A DNA stretch of 64,000 bases, from NCBI RefSeq assembly GCF_006345805.1, contig NC_043011.1:24502464-24566463 (forward strand), read 5' to 3'. Numbering within the stretch: position 1 is the first letter of the stretch; each line of letters begins with the position of its first letter. The notes beneath the pieces were generated by a model. That model saw nothing but the letters and a program-made list of their open reading frames with translations, was not told the origin of the DNA and searched no databases. The translations under genes were made by a program, and so were the position numbers. Positions 10,818 to 23,830 of the stretch are shown one piece after another. Source of the stretch: Octopus sinensis (Eukaryota).

Positions 10818-11929
10818 TGGATGCAGTGAATGGGGAACACAGTGAAGGTGTGGTCAATGTTAGTAGACATATATCATCACTATACTAAGACGGAGATGCT
10901 TTTGTAAAACTTTCCACAAATCTATAATGAAGCATTTATACATTAAGATTTTCGAATAGCATGGTATATATAGCTAGGCCTATACTTCCTAAATGTATAA
11001 ATAAAAATTTAAAAGTCTTGTGGTATAATCTAATTTTTACTTTAACAAGTATAGTCAAAGAGCTTAAATTAGTGTCATTCATTGTAAGAGAGAATGTAGC
11101 TTTCATGAAATCTTTGGTAAAAATTCTATTAATGTTTCTTACTCATTCAGCAACAAATTCAGTTGTTTAATTAATTCAATTAATGTGAAACATGTCAAAT
11201 GATAGTAATGCCAAAACCAAAAACAGGTGTAGTTGTAGAAATCTTAGTATCTCCCTGCTTAATAGGAATTGTCTTGCCAATACCTTGGTATACTGTGTCA
11301 AAGTATAATTGATCAATGACACACAGATGAAATCGTACATCAGATCAACAGATAATTAATTTAAAACATGATTTTGCCCTCACAAGCATTTGTTAGTTAA
11401 CCTGAACAGAAAATTGCTACCTGTTTTCTTTTTTTTTTAGATATATTTGGAGATCAAGGCAACATGGTAACACCACCTTTTACATAAAATGATTAATTCT
11501 TACTTTTTCCAATGTGGAAATAGCATAAAGGTACTGAGTTATCATCTTCACTGAACAGGAAAGATTTTGATATTGCAGGAGAATGAGAACAACTTGAACT
11601 TGTGGAATAATGTACTGAATATAACATCATCGTTTTCACATTCACCTTTCCATGCTTGCATGGATCAGATGGAATTTGTTGAACCAGATTTTCTACTGCT
11701 CTATGTCTTTCCTCTATCATCACCTTTTTCCCATGACTAGACATTTTTTCACAGGAGATTGAAAACAAAGGGTACCACTTGCATGATGTTTACAACTATT
11801 ACATGATGTCAAGTCAAGAAGTCAGTAACACACACTCACATACATGCATGCATGTGCACACACACACACACACACACACAAACATATACAAACAGACTAA
11901 TTTTGATGATTTTTTTTAATGTTTCCTTT

Positions 11930-12980
11930 TCAGGGTCAGCTTGATGTTTTAGTGAACAATCAACAACAGCACTGGAGAACATAAAGATTAAAATGGTAGT
12001 CGACAAAAAGTTAGCTGACATAGAGGGCTAGAAGCTATCTGAATATTGAAAAAGTGTTACCTCTATCATGATTTGCACCAAGTATCAAAATAGCAACATC
12101 ATGACTGCTGCTCAATGCTCTACGAACTCTATAAAATCTATAAGATGTGGTGTGGACAGCTGCAACAGAGACTACAAAACTGTGGCCAGCAGGAAGAGAC
12201 ACACAGGCATTCTGAATTCATCCAACAACTGATGAACAGAACCTTATGTTCTATTCAGATGGCTATGTGAAGCTGCTGGAGACTGGTCAAACCCTGGCTA
12301 GAGAGGGTTGATGCTGGAAGGCCATATGTGTGGTAGTAGGATTGGCTTCAGGCGATACTTCAGGAAAGAGTCAGAAATAGTTGTTGGAGAATTTCTATGA
12401 CTTCATGAGCCCCAGTTTCCTATTTCTTATTTCTTTATTTCTTTATTTCCCACAAGGGGCTAAACATAGTGGGGACAAACAAGGACAGACAAACGGATTA
12501 AGTCGATTACATCAACCCCAGTGCGTAACTGGCACTTAATTTATTGACCCTGAAAGAATGAAAGGCAAAGTCGACCTCGGCGGAACTTGAACTCAGAATG
12601 TAACATCATGAGCCCTAGTTTCTGCCCACCTAATTTCCCTGATTGTTATCCAGGATTACAATTGGGGCAATAGGGAGGCATAGTTGAGAAAAACATTAAA
12701 TACACTATCTGCAAGACCAAGGCCAATCTAGCTACCAAGATCAATGAGGTGTTCAAAGATCTTCCCAGAGACACAATGAAGAATGAATGAGCTAGGTTCC
12801 AAAGCCATCTTGAGGATGTAGTGGAAGCTGAGTGTGACTGTTTTGAGTAAACTGTTGTTTCTCAGTGCTAATCTACTAGTTGGTAATTTTTGATATTTTA
12901 AAATTACTTTGATTTTGTGATGGGAAATCGTATTTTCTTTTCTTTTTATGAAAATTGACAGATTTAGCCAGAACATCCTG
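11930..12980 (+). mobile_element. Second DD37D (maT-type) fossil
   Basis: Homologous to 8470-10090 (TATGTGAAGCTGCTGGAGACTGGTCAAA; GRPYVW**D). Right end GATTTAGCCAGAACATCCTG. Confidence 0.7.
12420..12605 (-). mobile_element. 5'-truncated family C SINE inside the DD37D fossil
   Basis: TSD TCATGAGCCC(C/T)AGTTTC at 12403-12419 and 12606-12622. Confidence 0.85.
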
Positions 12981-13018
12981 TGTGTGTGTGTGTGTGTGCG
13001 CGCGTGCACGTGTGTGTG

Positions 13019-13148
13019 TCTGTAGAATCAGCCGAAATTGCGAGGATGATCCGGTTCTTGACTGAAGATTGGAGGCTTTGAATGACCCATCCGTGTTTTT
13101 TGTACCATCTATTTGAATGTTTTTCATTCTTGTCCCATTTTGTATTTT
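13019..13148 (+). mobile_element. Probable Penelope-like terminal fragment between microsatellites
   Basis: Contains CCGAAA and CTGAAGA hammerhead-core words and a T-rich tail. It sits between (TG)n and (TA)n. Confidence 0.45.
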
Positions 13149-13360
13149 TATATATATATATATATAGATAGATACATACATACATACATACATGCATACA
13201 TGCATGCATGCATGCATGCATGCATACATACATACATACATACATACATACATACATACATACATACATACATACATACATACATACATACATACATACA
13301 TACATACATACATACATACATAGACAGACAGACAGACAGATAGATAGATATACATACATA
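13149..13360. repeat. Compound microsatellite (TA)(TACA)(TGCA)(GACA)(GATA)
   Basis: Direct inspection. Confidence 0.95.
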
Positions 13361-14341
13361 TGGTGAATTTCTTCCAGTTTCTGAATTAAATCCACTCACA
13401 ATGTTTTTGGTTGGGCTGAGGTTATAGTAGAAGACACTTGCCCAAACCATCATGTAGTACAATTGAAGCCAGAACCATGTGGTTGAGAAGCAAATTTCTT
13501 ACCACACAGCTATGTGCTATGCCCTGTGCCTACTATGTATATGTTTACATAAATTGAAAAACACTCTTATGTAATTTTCCTAAGGCAGACTCAGCATTTT
13601 GCATTTCTATCTCTGTTTTCTGTTTTCCCTTTAACTATTTTAGGTTTCAGGAGGCTTTTTTTTTATCATCTTATATGATTTTATAAATGAAAATTTAATT
13701 TCAAACATGTTCTCAAATCAACTTTTCTTTTACTTTTACAATGAATTATTATATAACTTTCTTTGTCCCCCCCCCCTCCACCATCCTTCATTTCTCTCTT
13801 TCTCTCTTCCTTTTTTTTTTCCTGCATGCTTTCCTTCTTCAGCCTTGCTGCATTTCATCATGAATGACGTTCAGAGAATGGCCTAAGAGACCTCCAGTTA
13901 ATAGGATTGAATTTCACCCTTATATATTTATTTATTAATTTTTCTAAACACAAATAATTTTTCTTTGGAACACAAATAACCAAATATTTTTATCTCTTCA
14001 AATTTATCTTTGCACATGTAGCTAATCAAATGCTTTCTTTTTTATTTTTCTTTACATTTTCTCAATATTCCCTTAAACATTTCCCATTTTCATTGTTCAA
14101 GTTTTGTTTAACCGAAACATGAAACTCAGAGTAAATTGAATTAGAACTTTCAGTTAAATAAATGTAATATATTATAATATTGTGTGTGTGTGTGTGCATG
14201 CGTGCATGTGTGTATGTGGCTAAGGAGTCCGCTTTTTAACCAAATGGTTTCAGGTTCAATACTACTGCAAGGTACTTTGGGCATGTATCTTCTACTTGTG
14301 AGTAGATTCTATAGATGGAAAGAAACCCATCATTTATGTAC

Positions 14342-14745
14342 TCTTTTATTCTTTTACTAGTTTCAATCATTTGACTGCAGTCATGCTGGAGCACCATCTC
14401 AAAGGGATTTTAATCAAACAACCTGACCCCATGACTTATTTTTGAAGTCTACTACTTATTCTATCAGTTCTTTTGCCAAACTGCTAAGTTATGGGGGTGT
14501 AAACACACCAACACCGGTTGTCAAGCAGTGATGTGGGAACAAACACAGACACAAGGACACACATGCACACACACACACACATATATATATATGATGGGCT
14601 TCTTTCAGTTTCTGTCTACCAAGTCTGCTCATAAGACTTTGATTGGCTGTATGAGTAGAAAACACTAGCCCAAGGTGCCACACATTGGGACTGAACCTGG
14701 AACCATGTGGTTGGGAAGCAAGCTTCTTACCACATACCCATGCCT
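14342..14745 (-). mobile_element. SINE family A
   Basis: Full-length reverse homologue of 278-750. Confidence 0.85.
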
Positions 14746-15053
14746 TATGTATGTATGTATGTATGTATGTATGTGTGTGTGTGTGTGTGTGTGTTTGTGT
14801 GTGTGTGCATGTGTGTGTCTCCTTGTCCTGACATTGCATGATAGTTATAAATAGGTGTCACTGTCATACAAGTGACGTTATTCATTTCCAATCTCCTGTG
14901 AAAAACATTCTCTGGCCATGTGTAAATATAACCTTGCCTGAAAACGAGTGAATGTCAGCAATAAGAACAGTATCCAGCCACTGAAAATCTGCTTTAACAG
15001 ATTCCATTCAACCATTGTGAGCGTAAAATGTGCATGTTAACATGATAATAATG

Positions 15054-15083
<30 letters not shown>

Positions 15084-15087
<4 letters not shown>

Positions 15088-15386
15088 AGGCGCAATGGCC
15101 CAGTGATTAGGGCAGTGGACTCGCGGTTGTAGGATCGCAGTTTCAATTCCGAGACCAGGCGTTGTGAGTGTTTATTGAGCGAAAACACCTAAAGCTCCAC
15201 GAGTCTCCGGCAGGGGGAGGTGGCGATCCCTGCTGTACTCTTTCGCTCCAAATTTCTCTCGCTATTTCTTCTGTTGGCCTGCTTGCTTAGCCAGTGGGGT
15301 GGTGTCATTTCAAGGCTAAAACAATGCGAAGCGCATTGTGACCAGCGATGTGTAGCAAGATCTGATAGCCTGGTCGGTCACATGAT

Positions 15387-15393
<7 letters not shown>
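15084..15393 (+). mobile_element. SINE head B + tail Y
   Basis: The first ~180 bp match 1416-1600. A different tail follows, ending GGTCACATGATCACGTGA. Confidence 0.85.
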
Positions 15394-15431
<38 letters not shown>

Positions 15432-15468
15432 TTAATATATGTGCACTTACATATACACACATAAATAA

Positions 15469-15529
<61 letters not shown>

Positions 15530-15719
15530 TACATATTTATTTATGTGTGTATATGTAAGTGCACATATATTAATATAATATTGCTAGATAGATAAACAGA
15601 TAGATGAATAGATACATTGGTCTCATTTCGTCCAAGAGCATGGTTACAAAGACATAAACAAACTGACAATTGTTAAGCGGCAAGAACAAACCACAAATAA
15701 AAAGGTGCATGCATGTGCG

Positions 15720-15782
<63 letters not shown>

Positions 15783-16124
15783 ACACATTAACACACAGAG
15801 TACATAAGGACAACAAGCTTCCACAGAGTAGTTTCTGTCTACTAAATTCACTCAAAAAGCATTAGGAAGAGCATCCAGCTGTAGAAACCAAGCCAAATCA
15901 GATTGGAACCTGGTGCCAGTCAAACCAGTTCCAGTAAAACCATCTAACCGATGCCACATGGAAAGCAGATATCAAATGATGATGATGATGATGTATACAT
16001 TTATACATCTGTCGTGCCTTGTCTTGCCTATTCCCATCCTCATTGCTGAGTATATGTATATATGTATGTATGTATGTATGTGTGTATCTCTCTCTCTCTC
16101 TCTCTGTATATATATATATATACA

Positions 16125-16322
16125 AAATGTGACCTCGTGTGTACCATTGGCGATTTTTTTTCCTCTGTCTTCCCTTCTCTGGATCTTTCCTTCTCCTATG
16201 TTTCCAACGAAGAGCTCCACTCGAAACGTTAAACTTCTTCCCTTCTTTCCTGAGCGTCCAATAATACTATATTTGTTCTACGTCCTCGCGTTGTTGTGTT
16301 TTTTGTGTTTTCTTGTTTGGAT

Positions 16323-16328
<6 letters not shown>
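16125..16328 (+). mobile_element. Penelope-like terminal fragment with degenerate minimal hammerhead (16200-16234)
   Basis: GUUU CCAACGA A GAG cucca CUC GAAAC GU U AAAC, a T-rich tail, and (TA)n on both sides. Confidence 0.6.
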
Positions 16329-16369
<41 letters not shown>

Positions 16370-16659
16370 ACATATATACATATATCTATACACACTCATG
16401 CACACACACACACACACACCACACACCACACACACACACACAGAAATATATATATATACCACATGGTTTTGGGTTCAGTCCCATTGTGTGGCACTTCTAG
16501 CAAGCATCTTCTACTATAGTCCTGGGTGGACTAATATGTTGCGAGGGAATTTAATTGATGGAAAATGTGTGGAAGTCCATCATCATCATCATCATCATCG
16601 TTGTCGTCGTCGTCATTCAACATACACATATATTATGTATACATATATATATACTTAAA

Positions 16660-17090
16660 CATAAAGATACTCAGGCATGTCCATGATTAACATGGCTTTC
16701 ACATTGCCTTCTTCATTTCATGTAAATATGGCATTTGTGATCTTTGTGATGTGAAAGTCTTGCATGAGGCTACATGCTGGACAGATCATTACCTTATACA
16801 AGGTAAGGTGAAACTGTTTAGACAAAACAGCATGTAAATTCTGAAACAGTCAAATGCTATCAGGCTTTAACATGCCATAACATCTGCTTCCCCTCATGAA
16901 GCTCCCTGGCTAATTCACTGCTTCGTGGTTTATGGATAGATTTCAAACAAAAAGTTTATAGCATCTCTGTTGATATTTTAGGCTCTAAGATACATAAACT
17001 TGAAGATTAGTTCAATGAATATAATCCAGAAATATCTAAACTCCTAGACGTCAAGCATAAATTGCACCAGAAATTGATTAATGTTAATTT
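16660..17090 (+). pseudogene. RTE (BovB-like) endonuclease end and linker remnant
   Basis: DLCDVKVLHEATCWTDHYLIQGKV and DFKQKVYSISVDILGSKIHKLED*FNEYNPEISKLL match the RTE motifs CWTDHRL and QDWFDEN. Confidence 0.7.
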
Positions 17091-17514
17091 ATCTGAAAAG
17101 GAATGTTTGACAATAAAAGATTCAATGAAGCATTATAAATCAGCATTGCATAGAAAATTAAGGACTGTGAAAAGCCATGTGGTAACCAAGTATATCCAGA
17201 AATATTCAATTGGCTTTTGATAAAAAGGATTTCCAAACAATGTACAGTTTGTTAAAAAAAATATTGGGTCCTTGCCAATCAAATATGGCTCTCCTCTCTG
17301 ATATAAAGATGTATTCATGCTGATCAATGATACAGGGGATGTTTTGAAGCATAATATTATGAATGGTTAATATAAAATGTCTGTGAGACATTTTATATTA
17401 ACCATTCATAATAGATTTAAAAAATGTGGAATACCTTCTGTGGTACCATGGATGTCACTCCCAACAAAGAGAAGGTCAAGATTACCATATGGAAGCAGAT
17501 ATGGCTTTAACTAA

Positions 17515-17833
17515 CTGGTACTCTGTCGATACAATAATGAGGGTTCCAGTTGATCCAGTCAATAAAACAGCCCCTCCTGAAATTAACACATAAGTGGCTG
17601 AGCATTCCACAGTCATGTGCACCCTTAATGTAGTTCTCAAGGCAATTCAGAGTGATATAGATGTAACAAGGCTGGCTCTCTGAAACTGATACAACTCATC
17701 TTTGCCAGCTGAGTGGACCGGAGTAATGTGGAATAAAGTGTTATGCTCAAGGGCACAGCACAAAGCTAGGAATCAAACTCATGACTTTATGACCTTGAGC
17801 TGAATGCCCTAACCACTAAGCCCTGCACTTTCA
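17515..17833 (-). mobile_element. SINE head D + tail X
   Basis: The head resembles 3955-4062 and the tail is homologous to 1625-1795. Confidence 0.75.
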
Positions 17834-18069
17834 TCAGAGGCAGACATGGCTGTGTGGTTAAGAAGCTCACTTTGCAACCACATGGTTTTGGGTTTAGTCC
17901 CATTGTGCGGCACTTCTGGCAAGCATCTTCTACAATAGCCCTGGGTGGATTAATGCCTTGCAAGGGAATTTAATTGATGGAAACTATGTGGAAGACCATC
18001 TTCATCATCGTCATTATCATCATCATCATCATCATGGGCAGTTGGACAAGAATTTGCAAGTCAGAAAAC

Positions 18070-19490
18070 TGCAGCAAGCCCTGCTGTTTATTTTGGCAAG
18101 ATTTCTACAGCTGGATGCCCTTCTTAATGCCAGCCACTTTACAGAGTGGCCTGGGTGCTTTTTACATGGCAGCTAGTACACCTCCAGCAGTGAGGTCACC
18201 AAATAACTTACAAGACAAGACCCCCTCAATTGAAGGGGTGTGAGTAGTATTGAAGGACAGAAAAAGAAGTCTTGCATTAGAGGAGAAACATAGTTACCTC
18301 AGGTGGAAGGAGACAGCAGAGAGAGAGAGAGAAGAGAGTAAGAGAGAGAAGATGGGGAAATGTGAGTGAGATAGTGGGCAGGGAGGGAGTTCACCCAAGT
18401 TACCAAGAAGTGTATAGAGAGAAATGAACCAGAGATTGGAGGGGGCGAATGGGTGAGTGAGTTCATGAGATTGCAAAAAAGGAGAGTGGTAGATGGAAGT
18501 GGGGGGGGTGAACTGTAATGAGTGGGTACAGGAAGAGGGAGGGGTATTGGGAGGATATGTTGTGGGGGGGAAAAGATTCAATGGGGACATATTGTGTGCA
18601 GGTAGGTACACGATAGAGAGTGGATGGAAATGCAGTGGGTGGAGAGCTTCAGTGGGGGAATGGGTGTTGAGAAGATGAGTTGTGGGGGTGGTTTGTTAAG
18701 GGACAGTATATACACAAATCTGTATATACTTGATCTCACTGAGCTAATCTGGTCCCCTCAAGCACAGAAATTGTCAATTGTCTCAGTCCTCTGTCATCAC
18801 TTCTGTGAGGTTCAACATCTGACAATCATTTCTCTCCACTTTGTTCCATGAATTTCTGGGTCTTCCTCTTCCAAAGGTTCCTTGCTACACTTAGTAATCA
18901 ATACTTTTTTTTTATGCAGCTGTCATCATCCATATGCATCAAATGAGCATTGAAGTGCAATCTTCTTTCTTGCACACTACATTTGATGCTTTTTATACCT
19001 AATTTTTCTCCTACAATAATTACACTTTGTTGTACTTGCACACTGACATCCAGTGCAGCATACTGACCTCATTTCTTTCAAGTCTTCACCTGTCCTCTTT
19101 GATCACATACCATGTTTCACTGTCATGTAGCATTGCTGTCGGTACAAAGGCATCATACAATCTGCCTCTCACTCTGAGGGAGAAGCCCTTTCTTATTTCT
19201 TTACTGCTCACAAGGGGCTACACACAGAGGGGAGAAACAAGGACAGACAAACGAATTAAGTCGATTACATCGACCCCAGTGTGCAACTGGTACTTTATTT
19301 ATCGACCCTGAAAGGATGAAAGGCAAAGTCGACCTCGGCGGAATTTGAACTCAGAACGTAGCGGCCGACGAAATACCGCTAAGCATTTCGCCCAGCATAC
19401 TAACGTTTCTGCCAGCTCACCGCCTTTTCTTAGGGAGGGAGAAGCCCTTTCTTACCAACAAAGGTAGTTGCTCCTTGAACTATACCCAGT
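18070..19490 (-). mobile_element. RTE LINE 3' portion (ORF C-terminus and UTR), interrupted by a SINE
   Basis: RGRLYDAFVPTAMLHDSETW...LERNEVSMLHWM; QERRLHFNAHLMHMDDDSCIKK...GRGRPRNSW. Confidence 0.75.
19196..19424 (-). mobile_element. Young family C SINE
   Basis: Full length. A 20-bp TSD GAGGGAGAAGCCCTTTCTTA lies at 19176-19195 and 19435-19454. Confidence 0.9.
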
Positions 19491-20189
19491 CAGGTATGTG
19501 TGTGTGTGTTTACTTGTGTTTGTCCCAACCCCCCACACTGTTTATGTCCCCGTAACTTAGTAGTTTGGTAAATGTGATTGATAGAATAAATACTAGACTT
19601 AAAGCTATATAAATATTGGGGTTAATTTTTTTCAGCTAAACCCTTCACGATGGTGCTCCAGTATAGCCACAATCCTATGACTGAAACAAGTAAAAGATAA
19701 ATGATGAATGCTAATTAACCAGATTGATTCAGAAAAAGCCCCCAACAACTCATGTTATACCATAAGAGGTCCTTAAACTGGGTGATGGATATAGTAGCTG
19801 AGTTTATGACCACGCTGATTGTAAACATACAAAATGGTCCACGAGTCTGGATATATCATCATCATCATCTTCATCATCATCATCATCATCACCATCATTT
19901 AATATCCGTTTTCCATACAAAGACTTTCTTTCACCTGAGGACATAGCTTAAATTCTGGATTATTTTGAAAATTTTTTTGCATTTTGCATTAATGCAGATA
20001 TGTAAGTAATTATGCAGATATGTAAGTATTATTAAATATGATAATATAAATCATTCACATGTCTTTAAGTTACAAAATAATTTGTTGGGATATTTGAATT
20101 TTCTTATTATTAAATAAAATTTCATCAAACTATTTTTCTGTCATTAATGACATTATATGTGTGTGTGGTGTGTGTGTGTGTGTGTGTGT

Positions 20190-20535
20190 GGTACCTTGTA
20201 TAAGTGTCTTCTTGGGTTCACCAAAGCCTTGTGAGGAGATTCACTAAACGGAAACTGAAAGAATCCTGTCATGTGTGTGTGCATGCGTGTGTGTGCATGT
20301 GTGTGTGTGCATGTGTGTGTGGTTTTGCATCTGTGTTCATCCCTTGTCACTACTTGATAACTGGTGTTGGTTTGTTTATGACTCCTGTAACTTAGCAGTT
20401 CAGCAAAAAATCCCTATGAAATAAGTAGCATGCTTAAAAACAAGTACTGGGGTTGATTCATTTCACTAAAAATTTCTTCAAGGCAATGATCCAGCATGGC
20501 CACAGTCTAATAATAGAAATAAGTAATAGATAAAA
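20190..20535 (+). mobile_element. SINE family A, 5'-truncated
   Basis: Homology to 278-750. Confidence 0.8.
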
Positions 20536-20587
20536 AATGTATATATACAATAGGCTTCGTTCTGTTTCCAACTATCAAATCCACTCA

Positions 20588-21828
20588 CAAGGGGGGGTTG
20601 GACAAAATAATGGAAACACCTAGCATCATAGCTTCATAATTTTGAAATATCTAAAAAACCGTCAAAAGCTTGTTTATTTTTGTTATTTGATTTATTATTA
20701 GTGTTGCTTAATAAGTTTTGCTAAAATTGCTGTTTCTTTTCAGATATCATCAGTTAAAGCTAATTTAAATTCATTAAAATGACAGATCTATCAGACTTTC
20801 AAAGAGGTCAAATTGTTGGTCCTTTTATGGCAAGCGCTAGCATAACGAAAACAGCCAAAATGTTTGGTGTGTAAAGAAGTACTGTCTCGAAAGTAATGAC
20901 AGCCTTTGAGAAAGAGGGAAAAACTTCTTCGTCGAAACAAAACTCCAGAAGAAAAATAAAACTTTCAGATAGGGACCGTCGCACTCTTACGCAAATTGTT
21001 AGAAAGGATCACAAGAGTACAGCTCCCAAAATTACTGCAGGGCTTAATGACCACCTCGAGAACCCAGTTTCCACAAAAACCATTTGCCGGGAGCTGCACA
21101 AAGCCAGATTTCATGGGAGGGCTGCAATCAGAAAACTACTACTTTCAAAAACAAATGTTGCAAAGCGTTTAGAGTGGAGTAAAAAAAACCTACAGAATTG
21201 GGTCTCTAGAATGTTATTTTCTCAGACAAGTCGTCCTTTACCCTATTTCCGCCCACTGGCCAAGAATACATGTGGAGACAGCCAAAAGAAGCATTTGACC
21301 CAGACTGCCTTCTTCTCACTGTTAAACGTGGAGGAGGATCTCTGATGATCTGGAGAGCTATATCTTGGAAATACGCCAGCCCAATGGTTTCCCTTCATGG
21401 CAGAATTAATAGTCAAGGCTATTTAAGCACTTTATCTGATCAAATTCATCCTTTGGTTGCGGAACTGTTTCCAGAGGGAAACACAATCTTTCAGGATGAT
21501 AATGCTAAAGTTGTTATTGAATGGCATGAGGAACATTCTAGTGAAGTTGAACATCTTATCTGGCCAGATCTCAATATTATTGAACATTCATGGTGTATTT
21601 TAGAAAAACAAGTAAGGAGTTGATATCCTGTACCATCATTACTACAAGAACTGGAAACTGTTTTTGCTGAAGAATGGACAAAAATTCCTTTGGAAACAAT
21701 TCAAACTTTGTACGAGTCCATACCTCATAGAATTCAAGCTGTAATTACTGCCAAAGGCAGTCCTATGCCATATTAAAATAAATTTGTTTGAAATTTTAAG
21801 GGTTTCCATTATTTTGTCCAATCCTTTG
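20588..21828 (+). mobile_element. Near full-length Tc1-like transposon
   Basis: TIRs contain TTGGACAAAATAATGGAAAC and GTTTCCATTATTTTGTCCAA, with TA at 21829-21830. It lies inside a minus-strand family A SINE. Confidence 0.9.
20779..21776 (+). pseudogene. Tc1 DD34E transposase pseudogene
   Basis: MTDLSDFQRGQIVG...; KLSDRDRRTLTQIVRKD; TVKRGGGSLMIW; IFQDDNA; PDLNIIEHSW; IQAVITAKG. Contains stops, frameshifts and small deletions. Confidence 0.9.
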
Positions 21829-22214
21829 TATGTGCAATACAGTAGGACCTAACTCAGAAACATATGGTTGGCAGGCAGACTTCTTATCACATAGTTATTC
21901 TGTCTGTCTCTCTGCCTGCCTATCTATCTATCTGTCTATCTATCTAAATTGACAAGATGAGAGAAGTGAAGTGAGAGAATAGATGCTTATTCTATTAGTT
22001 GACAGCTGTTTTGTTATCTGTGTTAGTTACATAAGTGATGCTACATCATCCATCACCTATCTATATATTTATAAATGAATAATATACATATGAATGAATA
22101 TATATATATATATACACACCCATAAACAGGATTATGCTGTAACACAACAAGCAAACTACATTTCAGAGCATTTCCTTGTAGGTTAAAACACTAGATTGTG
22201 CTATATATATATCA

Positions 22215-22620
22215 TCATCATCATCATCATCATCATTATCATCGTTTAACGTCCGTTTTCCATGCTGGCATGGGTTGGACGGTTTGACTTAGGTCTGGAG
22301 AGCCAGCAGCTGCACCAGGCTCCAATCTGATCCGGCAATGTTTCTACAGCTGGATGCCCTTCCTAATGCTAACCACTCCGAGTGTGTAGTGGGTGCTTTT
22401 TACATGCCACTTGCACAGGAGTCAGTCAGGACCCACTGGCCACAGCTACAATATTGGTTTTACTTGAATCAACAGATCTTCTCAAGCATATCATATCACA
22501 TGATGCATCAGGAGTACTCTTAACTGGGCCAGATATGCATGGCTGCAATCTCACTTTAGTTGCCAAGTCTTCTCAATCATAGCATATCTCCAAAGGTCTC
22601 AGTCTCCTGTCATTGCCTAT
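22215..22620 (-). mobile_element. RTE LINE 3' UTR fragment with (GAT)n tail
   Basis: Homologous to 45760-46098 (CCGTCCAACCCATGCCAGCATGGAAAACGGACGTTAAACGATGAT). Confidence 0.75.
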
Positions 22621-22904
22621 ATGCAGGTATGTATATATGTATATATATATATATGTATGTATATGTATGCCTATATGTATATGCATGTAAATGAATGTGT
22701 GTGTATTATTATGAGTTGTCAATTTCCTAGTTACTGAACCATTTGTTTTTATGCTGCGTTATCCTGTACAGGTCATTAAATGGATTCTATCCCTTGATGA
22801 CAACAGAATTCTTTGCTATTTACTAAAACATTAGTTTTTACAAAATTCTTCCTCGTCTTTTTTCTCCTCCTCTTCCTCCTCCTCATTCTCTTCCTCTATT
22901 CCTT

Positions 22905-23215
22905 TTGACTCCATTTGGTGTATAGGGTTCCAACAAGAGAATCTCCATCAGTCTCAATCTTTGGCAAATAGATTGCAGTTGTTGCCAGATGTGACCTCCT
23001 GCCTGCGCATCAGTTTCTACAGACCATCCCCATGTTGTTTTTCAGCCTGCCATGCTTCCATATCCCTTGAGGGGTGTCCATCACAGCACTTACCTCGTAA
23101 AATTTCTGCAGGTGTGTCACAGCCAACGCCAATTCCTCCTCTTGATCTGAGTTTTGATAGGTTGCTTGTTCACCTGTTCCTACAAGGCTTTGTTTGTTAG
23201 ACTGTCTCGTAATCT
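22905..23215 (-). pseudogene. RTE-like LINE 3' end (different family)
   Basis: WRWL*H...G*KTTWGWSVET...AKD*D*WRFS(fs)VGTL resembles RTE C-termini. It is followed by a (GAG/GAA)n tail. Confidence 0.6.
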
Positions 23216-23219
23216 CACC

Positions 23220-23830
23220 TAATGTCAAGCATTACCACCTGGCAGTGGGGGCTAAGGGCTTCATTGAAAGAAAAATGACAATGCTATTCAAAAGAAGATT
23301 TGTTTTTTCTAGCTTGGAGCTGAGAAAACTAATAAGGAGAGTACAGGAGGCAGTCGAAAAAGCCAGCTTCTATATAAGGCTGAAGCGAGAAGACCAAAAA
23401 TGGTTTGAAAGTCATAACATGCCGGCGGAAAATAACATCACTAGGTGAGATAAGCTGACACTGAATTAGCTTTGCGGATTGACAGGCGACAGTCTTGTTT
23501 AGAGAATGCGTGGGCTAAGACTACGTGCCTTCATCAGTCAGTTAAAGTTGAGACAGTGTCACGTGACAACTTGCTGGGGCTGCCAGCAGGTATTTAAAGG
23601 GAAATTTGACAAGATAGTCAGTTGCCCGCTGACACTCGTTGACACTGCATTGAAGAGGCCAGGGAACTGAAGAAAGAAGACATGCACCCAACACCAGAGC
23701 TGAAGACACCACCAAAAGGTGGGGCCCAGCAACATCAAAACGGTAGAGGAGTAGGGGGCCGAAACTGGACGTGGTTCCTCCTGATGATGTCTTGAGCCAG
23801 CTGGATCCTATAAAGGAGCTGTTGTGCTAG
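23220..23830 (+). mobile_element. 3' end of an RLE-type non-LTR retrotransposon (HERO-like)
   Basis: HLAVGAKGFI...LRKLIRRVQEAVEKASFYIRLKREDQKW resembles the HERO pattern EVGCRGF...AAEKASxWLWLKR. A GC-richer 3' UTR follows. Confidence 0.65.

Noticed and set aside
13830-13910. Possible exon after a polypyrimidine tract and CAG
   Set aside because: Stops occur in all three frames within 45 nt and there is no good donor. A non-coding exon cannot be excluded.
18300-18710. Functional G-quadruplex or ORF in a purine-rich tract
   Set aside because: Degenerate low-complexity stretch within an RTE fossil, with nothing supporting function.
20896-21623. Intact Tc1 transposase gene
   Set aside because: An in-frame stop near 20872, frameshifts and deletions around the catalytic motifs make it a pseudogene.
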